This document shows, piece after piece, positions 36,801-39,509 of a DNA stretch of 39,509 nucleotides (its first letter is position 1; each line of letters starts with the position of its first letter). The notes beneath the pieces are model-generated. The model ran no database searches. It worked only from the letters and a program-made list of their open reading frames with translations, and was not told the origin of the DNA. The translations under genes and the position numbers were made by a program. The stretch comes from an uncultured bacterium (GTDB lineage: Bacteria > Muiribacteriota > UBA6191): positions 1 through 39,509 of the forward strand of contig CAZYUV010000002.1 in NCBI GenBank assembly GCA_964650625.1, given 5' to 3'.

Positions 36801-37722
36801 ACTTAGTAGTAAGTTTAAGTCGCTTGCTAAGAAGCATGAGATTTCTAAAGATTTGTTAATGATTTTTATTTATCACTACAGAAAAGATTACCGTAGATTA
36901 ATTCAAGAACTTTGTGAATTAATCATCTCGCAATATATAAAAATTGGTAGAGAGCATATGATCGGACTGATTACTAACTTTAGTTGGGAGAAACAGTCAA
37001 ATTTAATTATGGGCCTTTTGAAGAATGAGTTATCAGAAGAAGAAATTCTGATTGCTTCGATGTCATCCTTTCTAAAGGATAATCAACGCAAAATGGATAA
37101 ATTCACCACAGATGAAATTTTTGCAATGTTTGAAGGAGATAAATTTTTAAAATTTATGGAAGATATGGTGCAAGAAAACATTGATAACGTGCTTGCCAAA
37201 TCTGAAGAAGCTGAATTCGAACTAACAGATTATGTTTCTCCGAAGAAGTACTCACAGCTAAAATATATTACTGATTTTTTACAGGAATCGCATATGAGTC
37301 AGATCAATGGATTCTTTGGGCATTTACAGCATCGTCTGAGCCTTAAACCGAAAATGTTCCTGGAATTGGGCGAAGAGATCGCCTCTGAGTTAATTGTAAA
37401 TCTCAAAAAAGAGGAATTGGGCCTAAAGGACCGGCTCATTGCATACACCCAACGTAAAGTCATGGAAGATTACGATTTTATGATCATGGAACGGGTCGCA
37501 GAAAAGCTTGAGGATCAACAATTTATTGACAAGCTAGTAATGGATATTCGAGATGTATACAGTAAACGAAATGTATTTAGATTATTTAGAACAGGAATAC
37601 GAGCTGTGGTTCTTCAAACTGAGTCTATAGACTGGGTTCATGAACGAAATCTAATACAAAAAGTATCCTATGAGTTATTGGATGAAATCATCGCTGAAAT
37701 GGCACAGGGTATAAAGGTCTAA
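33850..37722 (+). CDS. 1290-aa protein: N-terminal acyl carrier protein domain fused to ~1200 aa acidic, helical, motif-repeating region of unknown function
   Basis: ACP signature LIDELGLDSLGFLDLFF, with the phosphopantetheine Ser46 codon TCG at 33985-33987. The remainder has no TM and is very E/D/K/N/Q/I/M-rich, with recurring xxNN[FLM][DE]xI motifs. Confidence 0.7.
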   Translation: MQDFLNIEMTDEQIMDLLVEALQDITGFDENITKETLLIDELGLDSLGFLDLFFTIQTSIQREVTNEQMRNLILEELDLDTDPNVAKLSEGEKDRIAYPRLKVQNFFNIVKKQLNPELAGIDLEATSDRIFEPQQLESFLQANFEQIKQDKISEQIQANNITDPRMQEIVRNSFDAIDPDKMQSLFADKKLIANVVKKYLKDRMNLDDPENLQRFLMGENKNQLQVKALLQSDDKGRSIFDMFLDQNKSKIFDLYLDGDEQDVLKDTIIRKTLEERKAEVISELSSSPDQNLVMKIFDRRRKDIMEVMVERSRQQILDKALEVKRELFESEFNNQEAIKDFNQFVWDNLANITPEIMKGEMQLMEEEILSQGFQLLSQDNDEDTDLKVIFEEEKEALFADIIEREKSTIYKQMVLSDEEKESLMEQLVNDDKVGLFNQFISENKVSLKREVQQRGLLDENSDFATQLLADESVQQDLMKTLIDSQIGSVFEEEVNRQSELVDDAEVIAFLKDTFLTNEFRQDKIQSAIGMGNVQGDLVEEFMKNNFDRIAMEETQRLLADKELRNQLVQDYIKENYDPMEAMQLNDPEKMKELQQKITEKYMQDNLDEIISRYMNDYMNEMMDAIPEEEIELDGDVQEEFMKKFMARMEDEEETEETPKPSTVVERFIETYGLTDPMIQVFVENNFDDIFGIIKRVSGLQVNNEAIEQFVVSEFPLKIALYFHSIIDDLDFDHDVRQTYTKYFVENNMNEIMEVTMQRQFEFMLGEEFDLDWDRYTHELNECVKDELKRMHKELDPKEVESKLDQLFKGLKYDWNLFLDVLKNDINDEERNKILLYWLKDINDIEQIQIQYIRDFLQDKEEEIRSHPLGQWIDLLEGKATAKEVTEQYETAFRSHLISNFEEILKDFDPTSNTKIDLQLKKAMTEQCIRIFLPTSISVVINSHIDELRDYITQFPLPPPRTINDLLDYLLPESTKATYSDIRTRLSSKFKSLAKKHEISKDLLMIFIYHYRKDYRRLIQELCELIISQYIKIGREHMIGLITNFSWEKQSNLIMGLLKNELSEEEILIASMSSFLKDNQRKMDKFTTDEIFAMFEGDKFLKFMEDMVQENIDNVLAKSEEAEFELTDYVSPKKYSQLKYITDFLQESHMSQINGFFGHLQHRLSLKPKMFLELGEEIASELIVNLKKEELGLKDRLIAYTQRKVMEDYDFMIMERVAEKLEDQQFIDKLVMDIRDVYSKRNVFRLFRTGIRAVVLQTESIDWVHERNLIQKVSYELLDEIIAEMAQGIKV

Positions 37723-37725
37723 ACT

Positions 37726-38169
37726 ATGCGCTACATATTTTTACAACAATTCGAAATTCAGGATGACGGGGATACAATTAAAGGAACGCTTCCCGTTACC
37801 AAGGATTGGGAAGTTTTTCAAGATCACTTTCCAGGATTTCCGATAATGCCCGGGGCTTTGATACTGGAGACCATGGCTCAACACTGCGTTGCTTTGATGC
37901 TCGAGCATAAGCAAGGTGATGATCCGGTCGTTCCTACACTAATTCAGGTAGATAGGGCTAAATTTAAAGAACCAGTATTCCCCGATTGTACATTGGATAT
38001 AGAAGTCAAAAAGGAAATTGCTATGTATCCAAACTTTAAATTTTCTGCTAAAGCTAGCGTTAACAATAGAGTTGTCAGTGAAGCTCGACTAACTATGGCC
38101 TTTAGAGATGTTGGTATGGGGCAAGGTCTAGATTTTATGGGTTTCTTTTTCAAAGGAATGCAAAAGTAG
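37726..38169 (+). CDS. FabZ/FabA-like hot-dog fold 3-hydroxyacyl-ACP dehydratase
   Basis: FQDHFPGFPIMPGALILETMAQ matches the FabZ HFPxxPxxPGVLxxEAxAQ active-site region. 147 aa. It starts 3 nt after the upstream stop. Confidence 0.8.
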   Translation: MRYIFLQQFEIQDDGDTIKGTLPVTKDWEVFQDHFPGFPIMPGALILETMAQHCVALMLEHKQGDDPVVPTLIQVDRAKFKEPVFPDCTLDIEVKKEIAMYPNFKFSAKASVNNRVVSEARLTMAFRDVGMGQGLDFMGFFFKGMQK

Positions 38170-38177
38170 GTGGTTAT

Positions 38178-39473
38178 ATGAACAGAGTTTTTGTTACAGG
38201 CTATGGCTTATGTTGTGGAAACGGTTTAGATACTAATGAGTACTGGGACAACTGTTCCTCACTGAAAACAGGTTTACGTGTACATGAGCCCTGGTCACAT
38301 TTAGACATAAAAATTGTAGGGCTTGTACCAGAAGAACGCTTCACGGAAAAAGAGAAAAAGGAAGTCGAATATTTCAGGGCTCGAAGAACAGTTTTTACTC
38401 GAAGAGCGCTCACAGAGGCTCTAGAAATGGCGGGAGTAAATCCTCAAGATGAAGAGGAAGTAGGCGTGTTTTTGGGCGTAGACTTTTATTCGGGTGACGA
38501 ATATTTTCTTTATGGTGTTATTAATTACTATCCTCAAGGCAAAGGCGAAGATCGGTGGGAAGAGTTTGATTTAGGCTACAGCATATCGCGCTTCTTAAAG
38601 ACCGGTATGAAAAAAGACATCAACACTGAATTATTGAAAAGCCAGACTTTTTTTGGTTATCAACCTTGGATCGATAGATATATAAGAAGTTTAATCAAAA
38701 AAGATGGTACCTCAAGAATCATCAATAATCTGTGCGTCAGTAGCGTCCAATCTATCGGAGAAGCTTTTCAATCAATCCAAAATGGCGACCAAGACGTTGT
38801 GATTTCTGGGGGTCTGGAGGAGTATTCCTTCGTGAGTGGTTTCACCTTCTCGAAACTAGGCGTTTACGTCAATGCCGAAGACCCTAGTGACTCTTGTACT
38901 CCCTTTGACGCAAGGCGAAAGGGTACAGTGCTGGGTGAAGGCGCAGGCATCCTTATTCTTGAATCTGAAGAACATATGAAAAAACGAGGCGCCACTCCAA
39001 TTGCTGAAATCTTAGGGTATTCCACAACCAATAATGTTTATCACGTAACTAATTCACCCACCCAAGGTGAGGGTTTAGCGCAATCAATGGAAGAAGCTCT
39101 TGAAGACAGCGGTTTATCTGAATCGGATATAGATGTCGTAGTTGCTCATGGAACGGGCACTTATGTAAATGATAGTTCAGAATGTAATGCCATAAATACG
39201 GTGTTACCTAGCAAACCATTGGTTCACTCAATGAAATCTTATGTGGGCCATACTTTATCAGCAGCAGGAGTTATTAATGTAATTACCGGTCTGTTAGAAA
39301 TGAAACACAGCTTCGTTCTTCCTACTCTATTCTTAAAAAAACCTGGTAAAAATTGTGATGTAAATCATGTAAAACCGGAAGGTGAAGAGAAAGAGGTGAA
39401 TGCGTTTTTAACTAATGCAGCCGGATTCGGTGGCTTCAACGGTACACTAGTGGTAAAAAAGGCCGATGAATAA
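38178..39473 (+). CDS. Beta-ketoacyl-ACP synthase (KAS I/II-type, catalytically complete)
   Basis: Active-site NNLCVSSVQSIGEA (Cys186 codon TGC at 38733-38735), VVAHGTGTYVNDSSE (His 1), KSYVGHTLSAAG (His 2) and a C-terminal NAAGFGGFNGTLVV. An AGGTGG RBS lies upstream. Confidence 0.85.
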   Translation: MNRVFVTGYGLCCGNGLDTNEYWDNCSSLKTGLRVHEPWSHLDIKIVGLVPEERFTEKEKKEVEYFRARRTVFTRRALTEALEMAGVNPQDEEEVGVFLGVDFYSGDEYFLYGVINYYPQGKGEDRWEEFDLGYSISRFLKTGMKKDINTELLKSQTFFGYQPWIDRYIRSLIKKDGTSRIINNLCVSSVQSIGEAFQSIQNGDQDVVISGGLEEYSFVSGFTFSKLGVYVNAEDPSDSCTPFDARRKGTVLGEGAGILILESEEHMKKRGATPIAEILGYSTTNNVYHVTNSPTQGEGLAQSMEEALEDSGLSESDIDVVVAHGTGTYVNDSSECNAINTVLPSKPLVHSMKSYVGHTLSAAGVINVITGLLEMKHSFVLPTLFLKKPGKNCDVNHVKPEGEEKEVNAFLTNAAGFGGFNGTLVVKKADE

Positions 39474-39509
39474 TGGATGAAAAACTCCAATTAAAGAAAG
39501 ATATAGATC
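39473..39509 (+). CDS. Start of a further operon gene (partial, MDEKLQLKKDID...), function unknown
   Basis: The ATG at 39473 overlaps the KS stop (TAATG), the same coupling seen at 33099-33103. Only 12 codons are visible. Confidence 0.25.
   Translation, partial: MDEKLQLKKDID

Noticed and set aside
8794-39509. Linking the halogenase-like gene to the FAS/PKS-like operon as one halogenated aryl-polyene (xanthomonadin/flexirubin-type) cluster
   Set aside because: The two loci are about 20 kb apart. They are separated by housekeeping genes (tRNA, thyX, dtd) and unrelated signalling genes on both strands. No adenylation, ammonia-lyase or MMPL/LolA-type genes typical of aryl-polyene clusters are visible in the window.
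1-39509. CRISPR arrays, IS elements, toxin-antitoxin pairs or known anti-phage defence systems
   Set aside because: I scanned intergenic regions and ORF translations. No regularly spaced direct repeats, transposase/integrase motifs, nuclease effectors or small adjacent TA-like pairs were seen. The P-loop/TPR protein at 1774-3777 lacks any effector domain apart from a wHTH, so an Avs-like defence role is not supported.

Overview
AT-rich bacterial chromosomal window (GC judged by eye, not computed). I saw one tRNA-Gly and no rRNA, transposase, integrase or CRISPR array. About 27 genes are credible. Left third: a 4-gene minus-strand operon encodes two membrane SpoIIE/PP2C-type sensor proteins, a P-loop/TPR-like/OmpR-type wHTH regulator and a STAS antagonist. 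These are partner-switching parts with no kinase or sigma factor beside them. Middle: a flavin-halogenase-like enzyme, a SAM methyltransferase, tRNA-Gly(GCC), a 1324-aa polytopic DUF4116/FGE-domain protein, thyX, a PilT-family ATPase with a Zn-ribbon N-extension, a pseudokinase-FGE membrane protein, an RTX-type Ca-binding protein, dtd and an outer-membrane beta-barrel. The middle also holds a PilB/MshE-type ATPase with two tandem MshEN (c-di-GMP-receptor-type) modules and a C-terminal histidine-kinase-like ATPase domain. Right third (28.3 kb to window end) is the most unusual locus. Two inverted MBOAT-like paralogues flank a DUF1702-like protein, divergent from a tightly coupled type II FAS/PKS-like operon. 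That operon encodes a Cys-less KS/CLF-like protein, a FabG-like KR, a 1290-aa protein (ACP in the first ~85 aa, then ~1200 aa of acidic motif-repeating sequence), a FabZ-like DH and a catalytically complete KS. It continues past the window edge. All family assignments come from motif recognition by eye; no database search or computation was run.
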